Assembly (NCBI GenBank): GCA_028534125.1
Contig: CM052817.1
Coordinates: 77,316,001-77,380,000, forward strand
Direction of reading: 5' to 3'
Length of the DNA: 64,000 nt
Origin: Lama glama
Taxonomy: Eukaryota
Shown: in pieces, positions 40,071 to 52,731 of the stretch
Layout: each line of letters opens with the position of its first letter
Position numbering within the stretch: position 1 is the first letter of the stretch
Translations under genes and position numbers: made by a program
Notes under the pieces: generated by a model
Told to the model about the DNA's origin: nothing
The model's input: the letters and a program-made list of their open reading frames with translations, nothing else
Databases searched by the model: none

Positions 40071-42402
40071 AAAATTTAAATATTTGTATTATTACTTGTG
40101 CTGGGAAACATAATAGGCTTGTCTTCCTCCATCTTTCAGTTATAAAATATGTACTTGCTGAGGAAAAGACAGAACATTATTTATGTTAGATTATGATGAG
40201 ATAATACCGAGTATGTGAATAGAAACAAAAATATTTTATAGCTTTTCTTTTTACTTGGCATGTTCCTTTTGCGTGTGTGTGTGTGTGTGTAGGAAGTTAA
40301 TGCATTCTAATTCACTAGTCCCTTCTTAGTAGGAATCAATGCATTCTTATTCACTAGTCAATTCATTCTTACTCACTAGTCCCTTCTTGAGTCACTAGTC
40401 ACTAGCCCCTTTATGAGCTGTGTGTGCATCATGGAACTTAACACATATTATTTTTAATCCTTATTAACCATCTGGAGAGATCAAATTTATTAGTTCTATT
40501 TTACACTTTGGAAAGCTAGAGCTTAAGGATGTAATATAACTCATCTATGTTCAGACAGTTAGTAAGCACGGGAGCCACACAACTGAAGCCTATGTCTTCT
40601 TCCATCAGAGTCGGTGTTCTTTTCTACTAGGACATGTATTTTATGAATCTAGGACTAATCACCTTTGGAGAAGACTGGTTGATAATTTCACTGATAGAGA
40701 TTCAACATTATAAATACTAATGATTTTTATGTCCAAACTTACTCTTATTACTGACAGTGTATTTCATTTTAACAAGTAAGAATGTTTTCAGGAGATAGAA
40801 TTTTTACTTGGATACATAATAATGCACAATTATACAAATTATAAAAATGCATAATTATACACAATATAAGGTAAAAATCTTTTGTACCCTCATAAATTTT
40901 TATTCTTCAAAATATACCTATGAATGGCACCATATTGGTGAAGTTGGTAATTGCAAGGGGTATATGGGGGCATAATTGACCCTGGCATACAACCTTGAAA
41001 TGGAGAAACAGTAGTCCTTTGGAAAAGTGTTTGTGGCAAGGAAAGTATCACCATATTAACACGGTTTTTGAAGGAAAAATATTTCCTACTGTTCAGACAA
41101 ATGCAAAAGGCCAGCTAAACACTATCACAGCAGTTGATGCTGAATGCTGACCTCAGACTGCATGCTCTGAAGGAATGCTAATGACTCCTACCGCAGTGCT
41201 TTTGCTTATTTGGCTACCGCTAAAAGCTCCACTTGACAAGCATAATGATGAACTACACTTTTCCCATCAAACAACACATGTTTGGATGATAGACAGCTCT
41301 GCTGAGTTGGGGATTTGTTTATTTTCCAAGAACCAATTTTTCATCTTGCTCTACAAACCCATGAAGCTGCTTAAAACTCACACAATTTATTGCTGATAAG
41401 GGGAACCCCAGCTGCAAGAGTGGGCCTTAGAGGGTACAGGGTAAAATGACACATCTGTTTTATCAACATAAAACCTCTTTAGTCCTCCAAAGGATTAATT
41501 TTCTGTTTGTATCTAGTACATCTCACTCCACTGACTGAATGGTTTTATGCTTCAAAAATATGCTTTATTATCTACCTAATCTTACTTTGTGAAAAATATT
41601 AAATAAATTTAAATGAATGAAATGTGATTAATTCTATCCCTAACTTAAGTGTTCATTGTTGAGTACTATTTTATCCTTGACTTATTAGTAACTCTCTCAT
41701 GACTCTTTATTTTAATAATTCCATTCAAGACAACAAAATAAATATATCTGGCAGTCAGTAAACAGATATTTTTCAAAACTGGATAAATATTCTCTTTCCC
41801 ATTGCTTTTGTTGCTTCCTTGGAAATATTGAGTCCATTTAATTTTTACAATAAATTAGCATGTTCTTTCAAAACAAAAGGAATGAGATTGTTCAGAAAAG
41901 GGGGAGGCCTTCTGTATAGATTACAGTTTGTGACAATAAAAGAATAGACCCAACCAGAACAAAACTAACTGAATCACGTCAAATTTCAACAGCATCATTG
42001 CTTTGGCACTTAAAGAAATGCTTCTGCTTCTAAGAGCATCATTTTAAATGCAAATGTACTTGGAGATATAAACTTCAGAACTGTATCAGTAAGCATACTA
42101 ATTATCATTTAAGACCTTAGTAGGAATTAGTGGGCACTTGTTAGAGATAAACTTAAATACATTTCATGCCCAATCAGACATGAGCCTGGCTATGAAAACA
42201 TTCTTCAAGAACGGCTGCTTACCTGGTTTTGACCTGTCTGGACTCAGAATCTTAATTTTAATAGTCAGAGAGGGATCCCCTTGGTAGAAAATATCTAGAA
42301 TATTATCTTAAAGTATTCTTAAATTTGAGATTGTATGATCATGGTACATGATTTGTTGAGAATGATTAAATTCACATTATAAAATGAAGCCTAAACACAT
42401 TA

Positions 42403-42891
42403 GTATCACTTAGGATCCCAGCAGGAAGTAGGTGGCATGTTCAAAGGAGTAATTAAAGATAATGTAATGCAGAGGCTAAAGTCTGGCTCAAGTGAACCAA
42501 CAAATGATAATGAAATACCCAGAGATCAAGAGCAGGAAGCTATTATTACCCTCAGGCAAGGGTACAAGGAGATGGTGTGTTATTGGAACATAACTAGAGT
42601 TAAGGTGTGGAAGAGGGACAGACAAGCAGGAGCTGTGACTGTCTAGATCAAGGAACAGAGCCAATGCCAAGCCATGGCCCAGCAGGTCCAGCAGGGATAG
42701 CATCTCCCTGACCTCTCATTCCCTTTGCTTTTTGATCTGAAGCTTCCTGTTGACCAAATCCAGTCAGAAGTCAGCATGCATGGGAACCCAGTCAGTTCAG
42801 TCTCTAGAGGCCAGTCTCCCCACTGCCACAAAGCAGCACCAAGTAGGGTAGAGAATGTGCAGAGGGAGAAAAACCAGCACAACATTTTACC
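42403..42891. mobile_element. MaLR (MLT1-like) solo LTR
   Basis: Begins gtatcacttaggatcccagcaggaa; contains ttgaccaaatccagtcagaagtcag; ends ccagcaca. Confidence 0.6.
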
Positions 42892-43762
42892 ATAATCGTA
42901 ATTATACAGCATGTAAGCCTCCAGGAATAACTGAAAGTTAATCCTCACTAAGGATTGGTGGGAGCTCTCTGTTGTTATTCTACTCCTCTAAAGCTTTCTT
43001 CTTCCAGGATTTGAAGGTTCTAATCTATGTTTTTATTCAGTTCTTGTTCCACAGCAATCTGTGCTGGAATATGATGCAATCCTTAGAGCAAGGCTATTTT
43101 TATTTTTTGCAAAATAATCTCTTTTTTCTTTCTTTTTTGCTAAAGTTTGCTTAGTATCAAATCTTGAGTAGTTGATTTCAATCAAGGATTTCTCCCCTTG
43201 ACATAACTCTTAATATCCAGCTGCCTAATTTCCCCATTCTCCTGGGATGGCTTTCATCAGTTCATTGAGCTGTACAGCTCTCTCCTTAGAATGATTGCTC
43301 TGCCTACATCTCCTTACAGTTGGTGTTCCACTCATCCTGGCAATGGGAAGGGCTTTTAAATTTTATTTAAATGGGAGAAGCCACTTTCTGATTGGTCAAA
43401 CTTCACAGTGTGAAATAATTATCGTTATAATTAGTTTAAACATCTGTCTTCCCCCATTCTCTATTCTTTATTTCTGTCATTCTAATTCCTTTACCATAGA
43501 TTTCCTTTCCTTTTTTTTTGTCTACTTAGAATGCTATGAATTAAATGTTGACATTATGGTATATAATAAATTGTGTGTGAGAGGGGTGAGAAGTATAGCA
43601 GATGGTCTAATAGGTTGACATATAAATTAAAAATCAGGGCAGATTTTACAGTTTGCAGATCTATTTACCTGTCCCAAGTAAAAATTTCTCAGAGATAGTG
43701 GTGCTTTTTTTTTCTACAAGTTATGTGATTCTAACTATTGCCTCCTTTTTCATTCCACTCAG

Positions 43763-43914
43763 ATCCGAAGCCAGAGTAAAGCCTCTGGGTCTGGGCTCTG
43801 TGAGGGGGATGAAGTGGTTTCTATCAACGGCAACCCTTGTGCAGACCTCACGTACCCAGAAGTCATTAAGCTCATGGAGAGCATAACGGACTCTCTCCAA
43901 ATGCTCATCAAAAG
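43763..43914 (+). CDS. SYNPO2: SYNPO2 coding exon 2 (152 bp), C-terminal part of the PDZ domain
   Basis: Acceptor cctcctttttcattccactcAG|ATC, donor AAAAG|GTataa. Translates IRSQSKASGSGLCEGDEVVSINGNPCADLTYPEVIKLMESITDSLQMLIK(R), matching the SYNPO2 PDZ sequence. Phase 0 to 2, compatible with the next exon. Absent from the ORF track in this frame. Confidence 0.97.
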
Positions 43915-46900
43915 GTATAAAACATTTGTTGGAATATATATTTCCTCCTGAAGCTATATGGGAATGATTATAACTCCTACTACACATATAAATTGTTACT
44001 TATGGGGAAATGAGGGTGCTCTGTAGAAGATCGGGATAGTTAAACAGAAAAACCATAGTGTTTGAAAAATGGCAATTCTAATCAACTGAATTTTCCGTTT
44101 AATTGAGAATTAACTTGAAAAATTTTATTTCAAGAACTTTGTTGAAAATCTCAGGTATTTTAGACTGCTTCCTTTGGAAGCTAAGTATATGAACACAATT
44201 TAATACTTCTAGGTCAACATTTTTTGGTGGATCAGGATCACTAAATTATAATTCCTAGATTCCTAGATGAATTTAAAATGTTTAAATGTTAAAGGATCAC
44301 ACTGTATGAGATGTATTTAAATAGAAAGAGGATGCCTAGGAGAAGGAAAAGAACCAAAAAATCCTTAAAAGCATCCCAATTTCTGTTTGCCAATAAAAAT
44401 CATATTTGGATATGAGCAAAAGCCAATGGTTCGAATAAAGTTTTTGGACTGTCAATGCAAATCACTTGTCAATTTCATCTCTCCAAATACTACTCTCCTC
44501 ACCTGATTGCTTAAAAATGCAGAAGTCAACCTTAAACATCAAAACAAAAGAAAACAATAAAGGTAATCACAAAAAAAAAAAAAACCTGTAGAATCAGCAT
44601 TTTTACCATGTCCAAATCACGGTGTAGTCCAAACTAACTTTGTAAGTGAGGCCCTGACCGTGGAATCCACAAAGGAAAGCTCTGGCCTTCAGGATGACAA
44701 GAGAGGACTTTTCACACAGAATTTCAAAAACTTCCAGGTTTTGCCTTAACTCTGCAGAAAAACTACACACAGCATTACCTCCCTGATACTTATTCAACAT
44801 GTTTCCATTTCTATACAAATGTGAACTCACATTGGCCAAAATCTTGTGAAAATAAAGGAAATCTAGCGTTAGTCTCAGAATCTCCCAGTTAAATATTTAC
44901 CCTTCAAGCCCAATGTTTAAGCCCCTGGGATCCTACTTATTTATAAAGCTGCAATTTGCTTTTAAAAGGGATCTAACAGGAATGTTGCCAAGTGTAGTCA
45001 CAGTGTTGGCCATTTTTATGCATAAATCTCTGAGGTATTTGAAGAGTTTCATCTTGGTAAAGGTTTAATCACACCCAAAATGGGAGAAAAACCTGTTCTA
45101 ATTTATTCCCTTTTGGTGTCTTTGCTGATTTAATGAGGCCAATTTCTTTAGAACACACTTGTGGTCTGGGACATCCCCTACTAGTTCTTGTTTTGATTAT
45201 GATGACTATCAGTGGGAAAATTCTTGGTGGTTTAAAGCTGAGTCTTAGGTACATATTTATTTTCAGAAATAAATGGACTAGTTCTTTGCTACTTTTAATA
45301 ACTGGAATCTTGGTTATTATTATTTTCTCTTAAATAATTGACTTTTACAAAATAAATAAATAATTGATAAGATTCAAAATGGAATCTCAAATTAAAATCA
45401 GCCCAAAGGTAATCATCATCATCATCACCACCACCACCAATCTGGATACCTGAACATCGTTTCCTGGAATTAAATATTTCTGTCACTCATGTAACTGTCA
45501 TCTATCACTAGAGGACAAGTGATTTACTTTTCCTGGACTACTGCCCAGAGATAGCTGGGTCAGACCAACTTAAAAGCCTCCTTTAACATTAAGTCTCTAT
45601 TGTAAACTTTATTAAAATTATATATATATATATATACACACAGATATATATATTTACATACACTTATGACACATAAATTGGGGAATTGAGTAACTACGTG
45701 CACTGAATGGAAACAAGCATTTTAAGGTATAAAGCTTAATCCTCTAATTCTTTTATGATTTTTACTCAAGTATATCCATTTTACTTTAGCTACCAATAAC
45801 TGTTAACATTTCTCTGACTCATTTGCCTGTATTATAGTCTGTAAGTCTGGAATGAATTCAAACTACTCTCTTCTCAGTTTTATAATTGATTGCTAACATA
45901 ATTGAAAGTGATTTAATCTACTTCTATCTCAAGGCCTTCCTAAATTAAAACTCTCTGGCCTTTTGGTACCCTCAAATTTACTTGCATAGAGCATATTCAT
46001 CATTTCCTGTGGAAGAAAGATCTAATTTGCTGTCATCATGTTTTTAAAATACTATATTATAATGTTTTTTTGGTATTATCAGGAAGCTTTACAGATTACT
46101 TGCATAGAAGATTCTGCATTTCATTTGATTGTTAGTGTGTGTTTTGTTTATTTTTGTTTTGCTAAATGCAGTCAAAAGCAAAATGAAGAGTAATTATTTT
46201 GAATATTAGTCTTAAATTTTACTACCACATAAATTCTAAGGTAAATGCCCTTGAGTAGAATAGAAGTAGGGGTTCTCTCCCTTCAGTTGATGATCCTGCA
46301 TTAGTCAGGGTACATTTTGAGGGAGGAAGAAAGGGGCCTGAGATAGATGCTGCTTTAAAAAAAACTTAAAAATGTAAGAAACGAAGGCATCTCCTACAGC
46401 TGTTCTGTGAATGATGCTTCTCTTCTAAAAGCAGTTAGAGTTTAAATTAAGAGTTTTTGCAAGAAGTTGTTTAACCCTTAACTGACATTTCTTCTTGCAA
46501 ACCCAAATTTGCAAAACTAGCTGGGAATGATTAAGGTCAAAGGACTATGGTGAACAGCTCCAGGCTCCTTAGCTGAAAGATTAAGGAACATTTTGACTTC
46601 AGAGATCCTATAAGGAAAATGCTCCAAGAGACAAGTTCAAATAGAGAAGGGGAGACATATCAGATTATAAATACTCTATGACTCAATGGTTCATTGCAGC
46701 ATGGAAAGGATTTCTCTTTACACAAGAGTACTGGGCTGGGGTCCACTTAGTACAAAACACATGCTCATTGGAGCTTAAAAAACAGCTTCTATTTCATTCC
46801 TTTCAAGAAAGCACAGCCTCTAAAAGGATTACTTGAGCTATCTGTATATTAATATTGCTCTGAAGCTGCAGAATATGTTTATCTGACTTCATAATGTCCA

Positions 46901-47288
46901 GACATAAACTTAGTCAATAAGACATTAAAATGCTTTGTCAAATTATAACAAACATGGCTATTTGAAAAGACTCAAATAATTATAGATAAAGGGCATCCAT
47001 GTAGCTATAACCTGTTCTTTCAAAAAAATAAATGCTGAATTTAAGATGGATTTCAGTGTTATAATCTTTTGTAAGCATTTTTGCTTTGCTTTAAAGACAT
47101 ATTTGTTTGGCAGATCTTTAAATAATAATATAAACATGTTGCCAAGTTCTGTTTTCAAATATGTTGCAGTTGACATTTAAGAGGAAATATTTTGACTGTA
47201 TTTTAAACACCATAAAAGTGTCAGGAAGTTTTTTGGCAGGTGTAATACACTCTGATTTAACTGTCTGGACTGATTTTTCTGTGTGCAG

Positions 47289-48085
47289 ACCATCCAGTGG
47301 AATAAGTGAGACTTTGATTTCTGAAACTGAAAACAAAAACCATGAGCATTTCACCCATGAGGGGTATGTGGAAAGCACCACCCTACAGATTCAACCAGCC
47401 ACAAAGAGCCAGTACAGAGAGTTCTACATCGCCCCAGTCAAGAGTGGAGCTCCCCTAGCTGAGGATCAAGCAAGTGCTGGTTTTCCTGGGAGCTTAAAAG
47501 AAGGAACAGGCCCGGCTCCTCACACCTCTGACTCCAAAAGTGGACGCCTAGCAGAGGAGGTTGTCTTAAAGGAGAAGGCAGAAGCGGGGCGGCCAGGCAC
47601 TGTGGTTGAGCTACAACTGTCCCTTTCACAAGACAGACACAAAGGCACTAGTGCCCCTGTAGTGGCTCTCCTGGGAGCTGAAAAATCCAAGTCTCCTGAC
47701 CTAGATCCTCGTTTACAACATGATGGGACTGTCCACACAACTTCAGTCCCCACTGGCGAGAACGGGGACCCTTCTCTGAGGTCCGGCAAGATAATCCAGA
47801 TCTCCAGTGGCCAAGAATTGAGAGTGATCCAAGGAAGTGAAGCAGGAGACTCGGGGCTGCCCCGAGTGGAAGTGATCTTTGACTGCTCTGACAGGCAGAA
47901 GACGGAAGGGTGCAGGCTTCAGGCAGGAAAGGGGTGTGTGGATTCTCCGGTGGAAGGAGGGCAGTCAGAAGCACCTCCTTCTCTGGTATCCTTTGCAGTC
48001 TCATCAGAAGGCACAGAGCAGGGAGAAGATTCACGCTCGGAAAGGGATCACAGCAGACCTCACAAGCACAGAGCGCGCCACGCAC
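47289..48085 (+). CDS. SYNPO2: SYNPO2 coding exon 3 (797 bp)
   Basis: Acceptor tttttctgtgtgcAG|ACCA, donor GCAC|GTAAGT. Internal part of ORF 47161..48141: (R)PSSGISETLISE...HKHRARHA(R). Phase 2 to 1 fits both neighbouring exons. Confidence 0.97.
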
Positions 48086-48720
48086 GTAAGTCCTGCCCCA
48101 GGGGCCGTTGCTGGGCTGTCGGAAGGGGCTTGGGAGCTTAGAGCATTTGCTGCTGCTTCACCTGCATGGATTTTTTTTTTTTAAAGATTTTTCTTATGTC
48201 TTTCATTCACCTTTTAAAAAAATTTATTAATGCACATAATAACAAACATGAAATTGTGAACACAAATTTCTAAATTGGAAGTAATAAGTTTGAACTCTGT
48301 AGTAGATTTAAATGTTTTTAATGCACTTTCTTTTATCACCAAAGGCACAGGAACTGTTAAAGAAAATAGTACTGTTAATGTGCCTGCTTGATTTGTCTCA
48401 GAATATTGTCATATTTCATGTTAAATAGCATCTGAGAGTATCTGAAGTCATGTGGACTCTGAGTTTAAATGTCAAAAACTGTTGAGTCTGCTGCTGAGAG
48501 ATGTCTTTAAAATACAGGCTCCACCACTGATATTAAAAGCAGATCCTCATTTTGAAAAAAATCATTGTGCAGCATGATGATGCTTGCAGAAGTGAGTTTG
48601 ATAGACAAGGACATGTGGAATACTGAGCGGTTACATGATCCTCTCCATTTTGTAAGCCTTCACTAGACTGAAAAGCATTTCATCTACCTTCTGGACACAG
48701 GGCCATGTGGAGGCATTTAA

Positions 48721-48811
48721 ATGTCCCCCAACACAAAGTACACTTTAAATTCAAGGCGTTTTACGGTGTTTTGTTTTACCCAGGGGAGCGATCACAGAAA
48801 GGAGAATGAGG
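48721..48811 (+). CDS. SYNPO2: Candidate alternative first coding exon of the PDZ-less short (skeletal-muscle type) SYNPO2 isoform
   Basis: ATG at 48721, 30 open codons (MSPNTKYTLNSRRFTVFCFTQGSDHRKENE) plus 1 nt, then a strong donor GAGG|GTAAGA in phase 1, the phase exon 4 requires (G+GG=Gly, then LRRSESL). Confidence 0.6.
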
Positions 48812-50515
48812 GTAAGAATAGCAGTTAGCTTTTATGATTTTTGTTATTTTCTTTCATGTACTTAAAAAAAATTTGCAATTTCATTTGAGGAGGTAAAGAC
48901 TGACTGTCAAAGGCACTGGAATGTATGAATGATATTCACAACAGTAATGATCTTGGTTATTCAGAGTATTACACTGTCTCCTAACTATTGTTATTCTTTT
49001 CAAAGCATATTTTTAGCATAACCACTTGTAGCTGAATTGGCAAGTGCTGTTAATCATTCCTTATACTTTAAGCATCTGTATGCACCTTCACATTTATAGT
49101 ATATTAAACAAATGCATTAAGGCAGCACTCACATACTTTACATGTTGCCAGTAAAGTTGGCAACAACTGTGCAACTGTGACTGTCAATTTAATAGCAAGT
49201 TGTGTAACACTAGTCACTTGTATAATACTCTGCTACACTTAAGAATGACCATACTTTTTACCATTTTCTCTGAATAAAATTTGATTACCAGCGAATATCT
49301 CTGTAACCTTGCTATAAAACTATTCTGATTCTATTACATTAAAAAAAATTAACCACTAAGTCTAATTTTTTTCCAGTGACAAAAAGAGCTAATTTCAATC
49401 ATAAAATATTCAAAAAATGTTTCTGAAATTTCCATTTAACTATTTTGAGACATTCAAAACTTATTTGTGAATCATGCTCATTTATCATTGAATACATGAT
49501 TGTAATTAGGTAGTGCTATAAATTCATTTGCCACCAATTTATTTCTTGTGACAATAATAACAAAATCTAAAATTTAAATACAAATTTTTGTTATTTTAGA
49601 ACAGTCAAGCTCTTGTTTTACATGACTTTCTTTCTTTTGTTTTGTTTTTTTTATGACTTACTTTCTACATCAGCTTTTACCCAGTTAAAAGAGTTACTAA
49701 TCATATAATTTTTAAACTTCCCCAAGATTTACACTTCTTCTTGCTGCAACTGAAGTAGTATTATATTTCCAAGATAGCAATTTATTTACAAACAAATTTA
49801 TCTAGACAATTTTGTAGCTAAAATTTCTTACATGTATTCACATTAAACTAGTATTCTGAATTATTATTAATTAGTTATTGATTCAGTACCTTAACATATT
49901 ATTCATTCAGTTTTTTAAATTTATATTAATTCAGTAGTTTCAAAGACTTTGGGAGAATGTCAAAGTAAAGCAAAATTTTTAACTCATTACATTAAAACAT
50001 TTAGTAAATAACATTTTCTTGTTTCCCCCTCCTGCTTTTTAAAAATGCTTGGAAACTTTTTATATTGACATTTTATTTAGATATATCTTAACTTGTTTTC
50101 AGAAAATATTATGTCCTTAAATTATTTCCTTTGTAATTTTAATTACATCCTATTAACTGACATTTACTAGCCAGTGTTTATTGTTAAAGGGTAAGGACCC
50201 ATACAGAGACAAATTATGAAGCATATATTCTTATCAACATACTTAAAAATGTACTTACATAAAAAAATGAAATGGGGTATTATATAATATATATAAGTTA
50301 CATATATTATATCATATCATCATATATCTCATTATAGAAGTATAAATTTTAAAAGAAATAAGAAAGAGAAATGAGTTGGATTGCCTCAAAATTCAGTATG
50401 CAATTGTAAACATGTTTTTTCCATATTCATCTTGCCGGAGGAGAGTTGATTTCTGGGTTGCTATGGAGTCTTCCTTGAACTCATCAACTCAATATAATTT
50501 TTGTACTTTCCCTAG

Positions 50516-52731
50516 GGCTCAGAAGGAGTGAAAGTCTATCAGAAAAGCAGGTGAAAGAAGCAAAATCTAAATGCAAAAGCATTGCCCTCCTTCTAACAGA
50601 TGCCCCCAACCCCAACTCCAAGGGGGTGTTGATGTTTAAGAAGCGTCGTCGGAGGGCCAGGAAATACACCCTAGTCAGCTACGGGACTGGTGAACTTGAG
50701 CGAGAGGCAGACGAGGAGGAGGAAGAGGGTGACAAAGAGGATACATGTGAAGTAGCATTTCTGGGTGCAAGTGAATCAGAGGTGGATGAAGAGTTATTGT
50801 CTGATATTGACGACAACACACAAGTTGTGAACTTTGACTGGGACTCTGGACTAGTGGACATTGAAAAGAAACTGAACAGAGGGGACAAGATGGAGATGTT
50901 GCCAGACACCACAGGCAAGGGGGCCCTCATGTTTGCCAAGAGGAGAGAGAGAATGGATCAGATCACAGCCCAAAAAGAGGAGGAGAGGATGGGTGGAGTG
51001 CCAAGCAGAGAACCAGATGCTGCCCAGACCGATGGCCTGAGAGCCATGACTTCCTACCAAAGGAAGGAAGAAGAATCAGTGAGAGTGCAGAGCTCCGTGA
51101 GCAAAAGCTACATCGAGGTGAGCCCTAGTCTTGGCCATGTGCCCCAACAGAATGGGTTCACTGGGGTGTCTGAGACAGCAGAGGCTCAGAGGATGATGCC
51201 TATGAATAGAACAGCCAAACCCTTCCCAGGGTCTGTGAACCAGCCAACAACACCTTTCTCCCCAACCCGAAACCTGACAAGTCCCATCGCTGACTTTCCT
51301 GCACCTCCACCTTATTCTGCAGTCACACCCCCACCTGAAGCCTTTTCTAGAGCAGTGTCAAGTCCGACAGCTGGCCCGGCACAGCCTCCTCCGTGGCCCC
51401 AGCCTGCCCCATGGTCCCAGTCAGCCTTTTATGATTCATCTGAACGAATAGCCTCCCGGGATGAAAGGATCGCAGTGCCAGCAAAAAGAACAGGAATATT
51501 GCAGGAGGCCAAAAGGAGAAGCACAACAAAACCCATGTTCACTTTTAAAGAGCCCAAAGTAAGTCCAAATCCTGAACTCTTGTCACTTCTTCAAAATTCA
51601 GAAGGCAAAAGGGGCACTGGAGCAGGAGGTGATTCCGGACCTGAAGAAGACTACCTCAGTTTAGGAGCAGAGGCTTGTAATTTCATGCAGAGCTCCTCTG
51701 CGAAACAAAAGACCCCACCTCCTGTTGCTCCAAAGCCTGCTGTCAAGTCCTCATCTTCCCAACCAGTAACTCCAGTTTCTCCGGTCTGGTCACCAGGAGT
51801 GGCTCCAACCCAACCTCCTGCCTTCCCCACATCCAACCCATCGCAGGGCACCATGGTCTCCTCCATCAAAATAGCCCAGCCTTCTTATCCTCCTGCCCGG
51901 CCCACAAGTGCTCTGAACCTGGCTGGTCCCTTCAAAGGACCACAAGCAACTGTAGCCAGCCTGAACTACACTCCCAAGCCAGCAGCTCCCACACCAACAG
52001 TAAACACTACTCATGCTGGTGCAGTCAGACCATCCAATGAGCTTCCGGGAATGAGTGGGAAAGGAGCCCAGCTCTTCGCTAAAAGGCAGTCGAGGATGGA
52101 GAAGTATGTGGTGGATTCGGACACGGTGCAGGCCCACGCTGCCCGTGCTCAGTCTCCCACTCCATCTCTACCGGCCGGTTGGAAGTACTCTTCCAACGTC
52201 CGTGCACCTCCTCCCATGGCCTACAATCCTATCCACTCCCCCTCCTACCCACTGGCCGCAGTCAAGTCTCAGCCGTCAGGCCCACAGGCCTCCAAAACAA
52301 GCAAGAAAAAGGGCAAGAAACCCCTCAATGCTTTGGATGTTATGAAGCACCAACCGTATCAGCTAAATGCGTCCTTGTTTACTTTCCAACCTCCTGATGC
52401 AAAGGGTGGCCTCCCAACAAAGTCATCAGTCAAGGTCAGTTCAGTGCCAGCCATGAAACAAGCTCTTCCTCCTCGGCCAGTGAATGCTGGCTCGCCCACT
52501 AACGTGCAGGCTTCGTCTGTGTACTCAGTACCAGCCTACAGTTCTCAGCCTTCCTTCTTCGCCGAGGCCACCTCACCAGTCAGCGCCTCCCCAGTGCCGG
52601 TGGCCATTCCTACCTCTCCAAAGCGAGAATCAGCCTCAACATCTTATTTTGTGGCACCGAGGCCGAAATTTTCAGCCAAGAAAAGTGGTGTCACAGTGCA
52701 GGTGTGGAAACCGTCAGTTGTGGAAGAGTAA
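50516..52731 (+). CDS. SYNPO2: SYNPO2 coding exon 4 (actin/alpha-actinin/filamin-binding region) to the stop codon of the VWKPSVVEE isoform
   Basis: Acceptor ttttgtactttccctAG|GGCTC. ORF 50551..52731 contains KKRRRRARK (50638-50664), an acidic tract, PPPY (51304-51315), KKKGKK and ends VWKPSVVEE-TAA, all characteristic of SYNPO2. Exons 2-4 total 3165 nt (1054 aa + stop) with no frame break. Confidence 0.98.
52699..52707 (+). other. SYNPO2: Internal alternative 5' splice site in exon 4 (CAG|GTGTGG) used by longer C-terminal isoforms
   Basis: Phase-0 GT directly after ...VTVQ, the point where known SYNPO2 isoforms diverge in C-terminal sequence. Confidence 0.85.

Noticed and set aside
40298..40408. 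CRISPR-like repeat-spacer reading of the ACTAGT array
   Set aside because: Mammalian intron, repeats too short and irregular, spacers not unique.
106..43700. Many 60-140 aa ORFs in intron 1
   Set aside because: Most overlap MIR, L2, L1, LTR or simple repeats, and none gives a recognisable protein or exon structure.
47161..48141. 326-aa ORF as a stand-alone gene
   Set aside because: It is SYNPO2 exon 3 plus open intronic flanks; good splice sites at 47289 and 48085 explain it.
50551..50553. ORF-track start of the 726-aa ORF
   Set aside because: It is a GTG valine codon inside exon 4; the exon starts at 50516.
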